Below, piece by piece: positions 1 through 10,700 of a stretch of DNA of 64,000 nt. Within the stretch, counting starts at the first letter, position 1; every line of letters starts with the position of its first letter. Both the position numbers and the translations under genes were made by a program. The DNA is taken from the NCBI GenBank assembly GCA_013265495.1, contig MU058198.1, positions 4,479,779 to 4,543,778 on the forward strand, given 5' to 3'. This DNA comes from Vicugna vicugna (taxonomy: Eukaryota). The notes beneath the pieces are model-generated. The model was not told the DNA's origin. It ran no database searches and saw nothing but the letters and a program-made list of their open reading frames with translations.

Positions 1-109
1 AAAGATGCTTAAGACCAAGGTCTGTTCCTCTCACTCTGCCCTGGGCAGTATTCTCTCAACTGAAAGTTCATTTTCACAAGTGAAATCAAATCAAATGAAT
101 TTGACTCCT

Positions 110-740
110 AAGGGAATGAAAAGACAAGCCTCAGACTGGGGGGAAATGCTGCCAAACATGTCATTGATAAAGGATTTGTCTCCAGAGTATATACAGTGTT
201 CTCCAAACTCAATAATAAGAAGACAAAGACCCAACTTTTTTTTAAAATGGCTTAAAGATTTGACCAGACATTTCAGCAAAAAAAGATAGGCTGATGGCGC
301 ATAAATAAGCTCGTGAAAAGATGTTCAGCAAAATTGGTCATAGTTAATGTAAATTAAAGCCACAATAAGTAGCACTGTGTACCTGTCAGCAACTACAAGT
401 CTCACACCCACTCTGCATATGGGAATCTACAACCACCTTGGAAAACAGTTTGGCAGTCTCTTGAAAGTTAAACGCACACCTAGCATTCTACTCTTAGGTA
501 TTCACTCAAGAAATGAAAGTGTATGTCACTACCAACACTTGTAGAGAAAAAGTTCACGGCAGCTTTATTGGTAACATCCAGAAAGCTGGGAAACTGTCCA
601 CCCACAAGTAAATGGATAACAACGGAACACTACAGAGCAACCAGAAGAAACGAATTTCATATACGCAACAAGATAGATGAATCAAAAGTAAGTACACGGA
701 GTCAAAGAAGCCAGATAGAAAAGAACATGTGCTCTGTTTG
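110..740 (+). mobile_element. Old L1 (L1M-type) ORF2 3' end/3'UTR fragment
   Basis: Degenerate L1 ORF2 C-terminal motifs (MKRQASDWGE..., 'aactcaataataagaagacaaa', 'ggaaaacagtttggcagt'); no intact ORF. Confidence 0.75.
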
Positions 741-751
741 ATTCCATTTCT

Positions 752-950
752 TTTTTTTCTCTTTTTAATTTTTTAAAAGTGACACTCCATTTACAGATAT
801 TACAAAATTTTGACTACATTTCCTGTGTTGCACAAAACATCCCCGTCACTTATCTTACAACCAATAGTTTTTACCTCCCACCCCACCCCCGCCCCTGTAT
901 TGTCTCTTCCCCTCACCCCACTGGTAACCACTAGTTTGTTCTCTATATAC
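752..950 (-). mobile_element. 5'-truncated L1 3' end nested in the older L1, with 14-bp TSD
   Basis: T-rich tail at left end; L1 3'UTR motif 'ccccactggtaaccactagtttgttctctat'; flanking direct repeat TTGATTCCATTTCT at 738-751 and 951-964. Confidence 0.8.
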
Positions 951-3900
951 TTGATTCCATTTCTAGAAAATTCTAGAAATTTCTAACTAGTTTATAGTGG
1001 CAGAAAGTGGATTAGTGATTGCCTGAGAACAGAACGGGATCACAAGGAAACTTTGGGAGATGGTCTGTATGTTCGCTGTCTTGATGGCGGTGCTGGTTTC
1101 ATGGGTGGATACAGAAAAATTATTTCTAAAACCCAAATGAGTCTCTCAAAAGATATTTCTGGTTTCTTTTTGTAGCTGGTTGACCTCTGGTAGAGATATT
1201 TTGCCTGTAAAGCATGGACTCGAGGTTTAGCAAACCAATTTCGACCCTGATTACCTATGCCCTTTAGTGAGTCACTAGGGGTTTGAACAGCGGTCTCCTT
1301 ATCTGCAAAGTGGAACCCACACCTACCTCATAGGACTGTCATGAGGAGCCAGCACGGTGATATCTGTTAAGTGCTCAGGACAACGCCTGGGGAAGGCTTG
1401 CTGACCGTTAACCTGTATTGTTATTATGGTGCAGTCGCGAGTTACTGGAATGATAAGGGAGCAAAGGTGAAATCTTCTGATTTTTAAAGGCAATTTCTCA
1501 ATGTGCATGTTTTTATATTTTATGGAGATAAAATGTTACAAGTGACAACATAGAGATTGAATTCAGTGTTCTTTTATTAGGTACCATTGGTTTACATACA
1601 ACTTGCCTCTTGGTTATGTCCACAAGGTAACTTCCTAAAATAGATTGGGTTTATTTTTAACTTTTTATTGGAGTAGTGTGTACACATGGAAAACTACACA
1701 CATGGTTAATGGCTGGATGAATTTTCACAAAGTGAACTCACCCTGTAGCCAGCATCCAGATCAAGAAACAGAGTGATGGTGCCCCGGAAGTTTCCATGTG
1801 CCACCTCCCAAAGCTCACAGCACAGGCAGCGTCACTTACTTGGGAAATTTCTAGTCTACCACACTACCCTCTTGTGTCTGGCTTCGTTCCCTTTGTTTGT
1901 GAGATTCACCAGTTGCTAACGAGACCACATGGTTTACATTTTCATGATGCTTTGTTTCTTACTCCATTTAAAAACATTAGCACGTCTTTGTTGAGACTTG
2001 AAGGATGAGTAAGATTTTGTCAGGATTAGGGAGCAGTTTGGGTAAAAGAAACAGACGGTCCAAAGGCTCGATGGCGAGTAGAAACTATGAGATGTTCAGG
2101 ATACTGAAAGTAGCGTTCATTCTGGGGTAGATATTTCCTGTTTAGTTCAACTGTGTTCATAATTGTGACCATTCAGCTAGTTCCCAGATTTTTCCTACCA
2201 ATAAACAGGGATGAAATCAATGTCCCTGTCCGTATACTCTTACCAATCAGAGTTTTTATTTCCATAGGATCAATTTTCAAGCACAAGGCTCACTGGGGCT
2301 AGAATTAGGTGAATTTAAAGATTTAATAAATATTGTAAAACTGTTACAAAATTTTGTAGCAATTCACACTTCCCCCAGCAATGCATGGATTTGCCTATTT
2401 CACCATCTTTGTCAGTAGTTGGATGTTAATCACTTTAAAAATTTTTCTATTCTGTTGCTTTTCCTTTGAATTTTTTTCTGGCTCTTATCTTTTCATGTTT
2501 GTTAACCATTTGGATTTCCTCTTCTGTAGAGTTGTTTAATTTTAATAGTTATTAATACCCAAATAATAGAGAAAATGATAAAAGCAAAAAAAACCAAAAA
2601 AAACAAGAACATTCTGAATACTCATATGAAATATGCTTGTGTGCCAAGCTTTTCAGTAAATGGTAGAGATTATTACTACCATTTTAATGGTTCAAACCAC
2701 TCAGATGGTGAGCAGATGAATCCTTAGTGATGAGACTCCGTGGACGGCTTCTCCAGGCCAATGACTTTCTGGCTGTAACGTGTTCTGAGATAGCCAGCGT
2801 GTCTGATGTCTGTTTACCACTGACTCCAAAGACATCAGCATTTGAACTTGACCCTGCAGGGGAGAAAACTGGGTCCCGGTGGCTTCTACAAGGGAGGAAG
2901 GTGCTCAGGTTGAAACTAAGCCCACGATCTGAGGAGTGAGAAAGGTGAAAACTAGACTCGTTTCTTGCAACCAACTTGCCCTGAGTTCCAAGTGAGCAAT
3001 CATACGCTGAAAACAGCTGCAGAGCTTTATAGATAGATATAAAGCCACAGTTTCAGAAGCCAGTGGGAGGTTCTGCTTTAAGTTTCTGTGATGGTCCACA
3101 GAGCACAGATCTCAGCATCAGCCTAAATTATCAAGCATCTCCATTACTACAAAGAGGAGCCTGTTGCAAGAAGAAATTATTCAACCGAAAGCCCAGTATC
3201 TTTGGAATATTGGGAGGGAACTTATCAGCTAGAAAATGCAACTCCCGGTGCCTGAAAGAGAAGGACATGTATTGTTTATTTCAGAGACTCCCGAACTTTC
3301 TTGGTTCACAGTGTTCTTGGCCAAAAGGAATACCTCCTAGTTCTATTTATTAGTTCAGTCCAAAAAACTTAGCAAGTATTTATGTCCTAACTATTTAGTA
3401 GCCACTTAAAAAATACACATATATTGAAAGGAAACATTTTATTTCTATTTTATTTAATTCTTCTATAACTATAATTAAATAACTCAATTTAATTGAGTTC
3501 TTAAATAACTTTTGCTCTTAAATAATACAGTTACTTTACCATGGGACGTCTATGCCTCTGGAGCACCGCACAGTTTCTCAGATCTTGGAATCAGATTAGA
3601 CACTGCCACCCTCACTTCCTCTTCAACACTGATTTTCACGCGGTTCTTGTTTTTTGTTTTCTTTTTATTATGGCAACCCCCATAAAACCAGCTTTGCAAA
3701 GATATGATGTAACTGAAAGAAATGTAGGGCCATTTAATAGAAAACTGTGAACTACCTGGAGCTAGTAATTCACACAGTGTCTGACAGATATTGAGGATCA
3801 TTCTAGTTCCCTTAAAAATGTAAAATATCCCACAGCCCCTTTTTGAGTTCCTTGTGGCTCACTGGGGGTGCTCTCTGGGACATGCAGGGTTTTTTTTACA

Positions 3901-4199
3901 ATAAATCTGGGGTAGTTGGTCTTGCAGCTAGTCTGGTGACTTAGTGATGTCATCACGGATCCACACTTCTGGCAGGTTGTACCTCATAGTCTCAAGATAG
4001 CTGCTGCAGTGCCGGCATCACGTTTTTTCCCCACAGCAGTGCAGCCATCAATATAAGAAAGGAGGGGAAAGCCAGGATACAATGCAACTTGCTTTTATAC
4101 TGTGTCTGGACCTGTTCGGACCTGGTGGTAGAGGGCAGGCAGGTGCCTACAGACGCAGAGATATTTTAAAATACCTTTTTTTTTCCTACTGGGAGCACC

Positions 4200-4521
4200 A
4201 TTTCCCAGGGGCCAGGGGAAGCCATGCAACTGTGTTCTAGCCAATCAAATACGGATGGAAGTGTATTTGCCATTTCTAGGACTAGCCCACAACCCCACCC
4301 CTGCACAATCCTCCACATTCTCTTTCCCCCTTTGCTGGTTAGTGGGGAGGATCTGAGGACCTAGATGGTGGAGCTCCAAGATGGAAGTAGCCTGGAGTCA
4401 CCATGTGGTGAAGAGCTTGCTATGGACTATTCTGTGAAAAATGGATCAGTTTCTCCTATGTTAAGCCATTCAACTGTTGGAGTTAATTTGTTACATGGGT
4501 TAGCCCTCATTGGCTAATGCA
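4200..4521 (+). mobile_element. MaLR/ERVL-type solo LTR fragment (MLT1-like)
   Basis: Motifs 'tagccaatc', 'caagatggaagtagcctgg', 3' end 'ttaagccatt...tttgttaca...ctaatgca' typical of old MLT1 LTRs. Confidence 0.5.
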
Positions 4522-5814
4522 AACCATCATAAGAGCTACTGTTTATGGGTACCTGCTCTGAATTGGGCACTGTCCTAAGAGCATCATCGCATTTAATCCA
4601 CACCACAACCCTTTGGGGATGGGTCCCACCATTAGTCAACTTTTATAGACAAGGGAACTGAAGCTGAGGGAGAAGCTAGCAGGCAAAGATGGAGGGACAT
4701 GACCCTCAACCTGGACCTAAGTCCAAACTGTGCCTTGCCGGTTGCCAGTTTTAAAGAAATGGGTGAAAATTGGGTGAGGCAAGAAGACCAGAAAAGGAGT
4801 TGTAGTAGAAATACCAGCTGGGAGTTCCTGCCTGTGACGTGGGGGAAATAATAAATTATTGCAAATATGAATCATTGAGGGAGTGCATGTGAGGTGTCCA
4901 GTGCAGCGTCTACACTTGGCAGGTGTATAATGAATGTTTGATTTTTTTTTTTCAAGAGGCTAAGCAAGAATCAATGAAGGCCTGGGTGAAAATAGGAGAG
5001 AAATATTCTGGAAGCAGCACTTGGCAGGATTTGGGCAAAGAATGAGGGAGACGGGAAGTTGAGGGTTGGACAACTATCTTATGTTGTCATTTGCAGTGAC
5101 ACAGGAGGAAGGGTGTAAGAAACATCTTGTACGATGTGCTGTGGGTGCAGGGGAGGGAGAGAATAGGTCTCAAGATAACCAGCAAGAACATAGCCCTGAA
5201 ACCTTCCAAGATGTGCAGATGCTCAATAAAAGTGCTGAGTTCTCCAGGCGTCTCGCTGAAAAGAGCCATCGGCCAACTGTCAAACCCTTGTCCAGATGCA
5301 TCGGCTTCTGTCCTCAGACAGATACTCTTAATCTGGACGACCTTGGACAGGTTCTTCAACTTCTCTGTGCCTTGTTTTTTATCATCTGAAGATGTAGATA
5401 AGAAGTCACAGGGCTTAGATGATGGTTGTGAATATATGCAGAGTTGCTTAGCACAGCGTTAGATCTGTAGCGCGTTGTCAATAAATGGTGGAAATTTTCC
5501 TTAAAAGCCTCTTATCCTGACATCATTTCTCTGTCTATACATATAAACACTCAGATAATAGCTATGATCACTGACTGCATCTTGTCTGTCTTTTTCACTG
5601 CTACATATCCTGCTAGCACAGGTTCACAGTAGGTATTTAAATATTCGTTGAGTGAATGAACAAGGAAAGCTACCTGTCTCCCTTCCTCCCTTACTTCCTT
5701 CCATCCACCTGGCCATTTTTCCAACTCTCTCTTCTTCCATCATCCATCCATCCACCCATCCATCCATCATCTTAGAAAGGCAGTAGAATGTAGTGGCTTA
5801 ACCCACCATTTTTT

Positions 5815-6100
5815 CAACTGTGCTAAAACATGCACAACACAGACTTTACCATTTTGACCATTTTTAAGTATATAGTTCAGTGGAATTAAGTACATTCATA
5901 TTGTTGTGCAACCATCACCACCATCCATCTCCAGAACTTTCTCGTCTTCCTCAACTGAGACTCTCTACCCATTAAGCAATAACTCCCCATTCTCTCCTCC
6001 TCCCGGGCCCTGGCAGCCACCATGCTATTCTCTGTCTCTGTGAATTTGATTATTCTGGGTACTTCCTATAAGTGGAATCATACAGTATTTGTCCCTTTGT
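5815..6100 (-). mobile_element. L1MB-like 3' end fragment
   Basis: 'tttaccattttgaccatttttaagtatatagttcagtggaattaagtacattcatattgttgtgcaaccatcacc' is a characteristic antisense L1MB 3'UTR. Confidence 0.75.
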
Positions 6101-6129
6101 GAACTGGCCCACAAGTTTTGCAACCACAA

Positions 6130-6300
6130 AAGCTGTGTGATCCTGGGAAACTTAACTTTCCCAACTCTCCACTTCCTCATCTGTAAAACAGCTGGAATAA
6201 TCGTACCTACCTCATAGGGTTGTTGTGAGGTTTAAGTGAGATAATACGTATAAGGTCCTTAGCCCAGTACCTGGCATGTAGAAAGTGCTTAATAAATATT
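6130..6300 (+). mobile_element. MIR SINE
   Basis: MIR core 'cttcctcatctgtaaaa...cctacctcatagggttgttgtgagg...agtacctggcatgtagaaagtgcttaataaat'. Confidence 0.75.
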
Positions 6301-7243
6301 AGTTCGTATAAATCAGTGTTCTAAATCAGCAGGCACTGGTATGGCAGTTGTCATGTGTCTGGCACTGTCATAAACACTTTGTTATATTGGTTGGAGCATT
6401 TAGTCTGTTTATGTTTAAGGTAATTATCAATACATATGTTCTTATTGCCATTTTGTTAATTTTTTTTCCTTCTTTTGCTCTCTTGTGATTTGGTGACTCT
6501 CTTGAGTGTTATATTTGGATTTCTTTTTCTTTTTTGTGTGTACATCTATTAAAGATTTTTGGTTTGCAGTTACCATAAGGTTTTTAACACTTTGTCATAT
6601 TAACTCATTTAAATTACACAACAACCCTGTGTCATTGGTACTACACTCTCAGCCATGCTTCACAGTGGAGAAAACAGAGATGCTCAGAGGGTGTTACATG
6701 CTCAAGGTTACTTAGCCAGCTCACAGAGGAGCTGGGACTGAAGTCCAGGCAGCTTGTTTCCAGAGTCCGCAGACTCTCCTCTTGCCTCTGCTACCTCAGG
6801 AGACGGTCATCCGTCTACACGCTCAGTCCTGGATCAGCCGATCAGGGTGAGTGAGTGGAGGCGTCGGGGCCCCAGATTCCAGGAGATGTCTGTGGAAATC
6901 CGTGGAACAATCGTGGGATTACTGTCACTTCCTGTGTGTGGGCCCAGTCTGGTGGGGTCCTCCTCGTGTTCTCCTATACCTGTGGGTCTCCTCTGGACAC
7001 TGATGGTGACCATGGGAGCTGGGGAGCTTGGCCCTCCATCTCCTGAGGGGAGACCTGGTGCCCTCCCCGGGTGACGCAGCTAAGCCAACGCCTTTTCCCT
7101 TTGGTGGCAGAAAGCTCAGTAATTCTTGACCACCCCTTGCCCTGCCCAGTTGAGGTTTAAAAAAATGCTTCCTTTTCTAGCCCTGGGCCACCTCCCACTG
7201 GGCTTTATTGCTTTCTTGACACCCTCAGGGGCCTCTGTTGCCC

Positions 7244-7296
7244 TTTAAAAGGGGCAGAGCCCGAAGTGGGCTGGCGGCCTCAGTCCTGGAGATAAG
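7244..7296 (+). promoter_or_regulatory. Putative AQP8 core promoter: TATA-like TTTAAAAG and GATA site AGATAAG
   Basis: TTTAAAA at 7244-7250 and AGATAAG at 7290-7296, just upstream of the exon-1 donor; TSS not determinable from sequence. Confidence 0.4.
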
Positions 7297-7319
7297 AGTG
7301 TCCCGTCGGGGAGAGCAGG

Positions 7320-7387
7320 TGGAGCTTTCCCAGCCAGCGCAGGGGAGCGCCCTGTCCGGAGTCACCTCCGCCCTGAAGTCTGCAGAG
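7320..7387 (+). other. AQP8: AQP8 exon 1 (5' end approximate); the ancestral start codon position reads AAG, so it may be non-coding
   Basis: CCCTG-AAG-TCT-GCA-GAG|gtgagt corresponds to the MS(G/A)E|intron exon 1 recalled for other mammals; strong donor at 7388. Confidence 0.7.
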
Positions 7388-7537
7388 GTGAGTGCTCTGC
7401 TGACCTCTTCCTCTGCAGCCTGGCCCGTCCAGGGGTCGCTGAGAATTAATTCAAGATCGAGGCCCTGGGGGCTTCTTTCCGGGCTTTCCTCCCACCCGTG
7501 TCCCTCTCCCTTTTCCCGACTACAGGCAGCTGCATCC

Positions 7538-7779
7538 ATGTGTGACGTGGAGTTTGGTGGTGTCAAGGTGAAGGACCCCAACAATGGGGGCAGGTGGCGC
7601 GGGTCCTGGTACGAGCGGTTCGTGCAGCCCTGCCTGGTCGAACTGCTGGGCTCTGCCCTCTTCATCTTCATCGGATGCTTGTCAGTTATCGAGAATGGGA
7701 CGGACACTGGGCTGCTGCAGCCGGCGCTGGCCCACGGGCTGGCCCTGGGCCTGGTCATCGCCACCCTGGGGAGTATCAG
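7538..7779 (+). CDS. AQP8: AQP8 exon 2 coding part (exon starts 7526; TM1-TM2)
   Basis: Acceptor tacag|GCA at 7525/7526; MCDVEFGG...IATLGSI; donor AG|gtgaga at 7779/7780. Confidence 0.95.
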
Positions 7780-10700
7780 GTGAGAGCAGCTCCGAGCACT
7801 CAGCCTGGTGCTCACCTGGGGTGCTCACCGGGGGTGGGGAGCAGAGCTGTCGGTAGGGACCCCTGGGCCCCTGCCCAGGATCCCAAGAGTAGTATGGATA
7901 AGAAAGTAGGCTTGGGTTCGAGTCCTGGCTCCTCAGTCTTTGAGCTCTGTGGCTTTGGGCAGGTCACTCTCCAAACCCAACCTTCCCCACCTGTGAAATG
8001 GGAACAGCACGATATTGTCTAAATCTTATTTCTCTAGCCAACACAGGTATGGTGCTGACCATACGTCAGGCAATACAATACTCTAAGCCCTTTACAAGAT
8101 AGCAACTCATTTAATCCTCCCAACAACCCTGTGGGGTAGGTACCGTGATTAGCCCCATTTTCCAGCTTTGAAAGGAGAAAGGTCAGGACATGCGTCCAAG
8201 TTTCCATGGCCGAGCCAGGAGGGAAACCCAAGCTGTCTGGCCCAAACCCGGTGCCTCACGGGGGAGGCACAGGAAGAAATGATTTAAAGAGCTTAATCTA
8301 CGTAAGCACTCAATCACTGTTGGCTGGTGTATTATTGTTGCCATCAGGACGGGGTTTGCTCCAGCTTCGGAGGCAGCCAGAGAACCCGCCCAGGGGCAGG
8401 GAGGCCCTAGGGCCTCCTCTGGCTCAGACTTCACCTGGACAGGAGCTCCACGGGGAGGGCGTGGGCTCCCAGGAGGACCAGCTGCCATGATGAATGTCTT
8501 GGAGGGAGCTCCTGGCAAGGTGACCTAGAACGTGGTTGGTCTGTATTTAACCTTGCACAGGAAACAGATCTGAGTAAGGAAATTAAAACATTGTTTCCCA
8601 GGAGAACAGAAAGGGAAAGGGGACTCTAACATTTCTCTTTAAACATCCAAGGGAAGCTGCAGGTAGAATGAAAAACACATGGTCTTCTGTTCTGGAGGGT
8701 CTGGGGTTGGAGGCGACCTTTATCACGTCTTAGCTGGGTGACCAGGGCAAAAAACTGAACCTCTCTGTGCAGTGGTATAAATGGGGATAGCTGACATTTA
8801 TTGAATACTAATGATATGCTGGTATTAACTATGTATATCATGCTCTATATGAATATCTATTAATTATCTAATTATCTTTGATGGGGTAGCGATCATTGAG
8901 GCTCAGAGAGGTTATATAATTTGCCCACAGTCACACAGCTTTTTCGTGGCAGATCTAGGGTTTACCCAGGCCAGCTGGCCAGCGAAAACACCTGTTATGC
9001 ACTGTAGTAAACTGCCTACTGAAATACCAGCCTTTTTTTCCAACCATTTGTTTCGTCAACAAATATTTATTCAGTACCTCCTGCGTGCTGGGCTCTGACT
9101 TTGAGGTTATGGAAGCACCCAGCACAGCACCTAGCACATAGTAGGTGTTCAATAAATATTTGTTGAGCAAACTAAGAAACTGTCTTGGTGGTTTTATTGT
9201 TGATGAATGTGCAGTCGGTTTCTGGGACCTGGGTGGTGTTCCAGCCCTCTCCTGGTTGAGCCATGCTCTGAGTAACTGTTTCTCTCTCCCCGTTTGGGCT
9301 CGGTGAGATGGTGGAGAGGCTGATGGCCAGAGAGGGTTCTAACTCTGCAGTCTCCCATGCGAGGCTGCCGCCCACCCCCACCTTCATTTCTACGTTTCAG
9401 CAGGGCCCAGACTATGCTTGGTCATGGGCCTGAATTGAGGCCAAGAGGGCCTGGCTGCCCCTCCTCCCACCTACTGAGTCTGAGATCAGCTGACACTTCC
9501 CAGTCTTGCAGGAAGCTCACCCGGGGGCCTGTGCATATAGCTGGGCCAGACAAGCCGGGGCAGCGGGTCCCGAGATACCAGCAAGTGGGACAAAGTTCTT
9601 GTGTCCAGAGCCCAGGTCCTCTGTCTGGTCTCAGCTCAATGCCCTGTGTCCACTGGGGGTGGGCAGGCCCATTGGTGGGTTCTAACCATCTAGGGTGATT
9701 CCCTGGGCTTGGGGTCACTGTCCTTTTTATTGGGGGTGTCCATTCCATGCACAAGAGGGATTTGGTGGGCCAACCTCTCAAGATAGCTCCTCCATCTGAG
9801 TGGGTAGCAGGGCCTTGGAGGGGGCCTCTTGGTTCTGGGACTTGGGCTGGTTGGACATCTTGGTGAAAAGGAAGGCTCTTTGCCCACAACTAATGGAGGG
9901 GCTAGTCAACTTGAACCTGTTTTTGACCCTAGGTTCAACTTTGTCTAACCCCACTTCACATCCCAAACTTCAGATCCCAATACCGAACTTAATCATGACC
10001 CTCCAAACTCATTTCTGATTCCCAATGCCATTTCCACGAACCTCTAATCTCAATTTTACACTTAGTGCTAATCACAGTTTCAGACCAAAAGTAGAAATTT
10101 TATTGGTTGAGTGGTTAACCAATCAGGAGCTGTTGTTCGGGGCCTGGTTACTTCTAAGGGGAGGCCAGGATACCTCTCTTGGGCTATGAATTTGGAGCAT
10201 GGGGTCTCATTCTGACCTGTGGCCATAGCTCTGAAGGGCTGGAGGGAGCTCTGAGGGAGTCTGGAAGGAGTTGAGAGATGATTTCTCACCGCACTCTTCC
10301 TCTAGGCCATCCCGGGATCTGGGCGTGGGCCAGGAACCCGGCTGCCCTCCTCTCCCAGGCTCTCCCCCATATCCGTCACCCCCCCCCCGGCACCTCAGGG
10401 GAAAAGAATGTGATTCGGTGCCTGTTTCCTACTTGGGCTGGCGCTTGATTGACTCTGGCCCTGCAAAGCCAACCAAGGGGTGGGGCAGCTATTGGGACCC
10501 ATTCCCTTGGGGACAGCCTGGGCCTTGGCCTCACGACCCCTTCTGCTTTTGTGGGTGACAGTGGTGGACACTTCAACCCTGCGGTGTCCCTGGCAGCCAT
10601 GCTGGTCGGAGGCCTCAACCTGGTGATGCTCCTTCCCTACTGGATCTCCCAGCTGTGCGGGGGACTGATCGGGGCTGCCTTGGCCAAGGTGGGTGACCCC

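Noticed and set aside
6886..6900. ATG-TCT-GTG-GAA-ATC (MSVEI) resembling the human AQP8 N-terminus MSGEI
   Set aside because: No splice donor follows the fourth codon, and the true exon-1 homologue with a gtgagt donor is at 7376-7387; probably coincidence
7772..7774. AQP8 G-S-I-S instead of G-N-I-S before the first NPA
   Set aside because: This position varies among aquaporins; both NPA motifs and the filter His/Arg are intact
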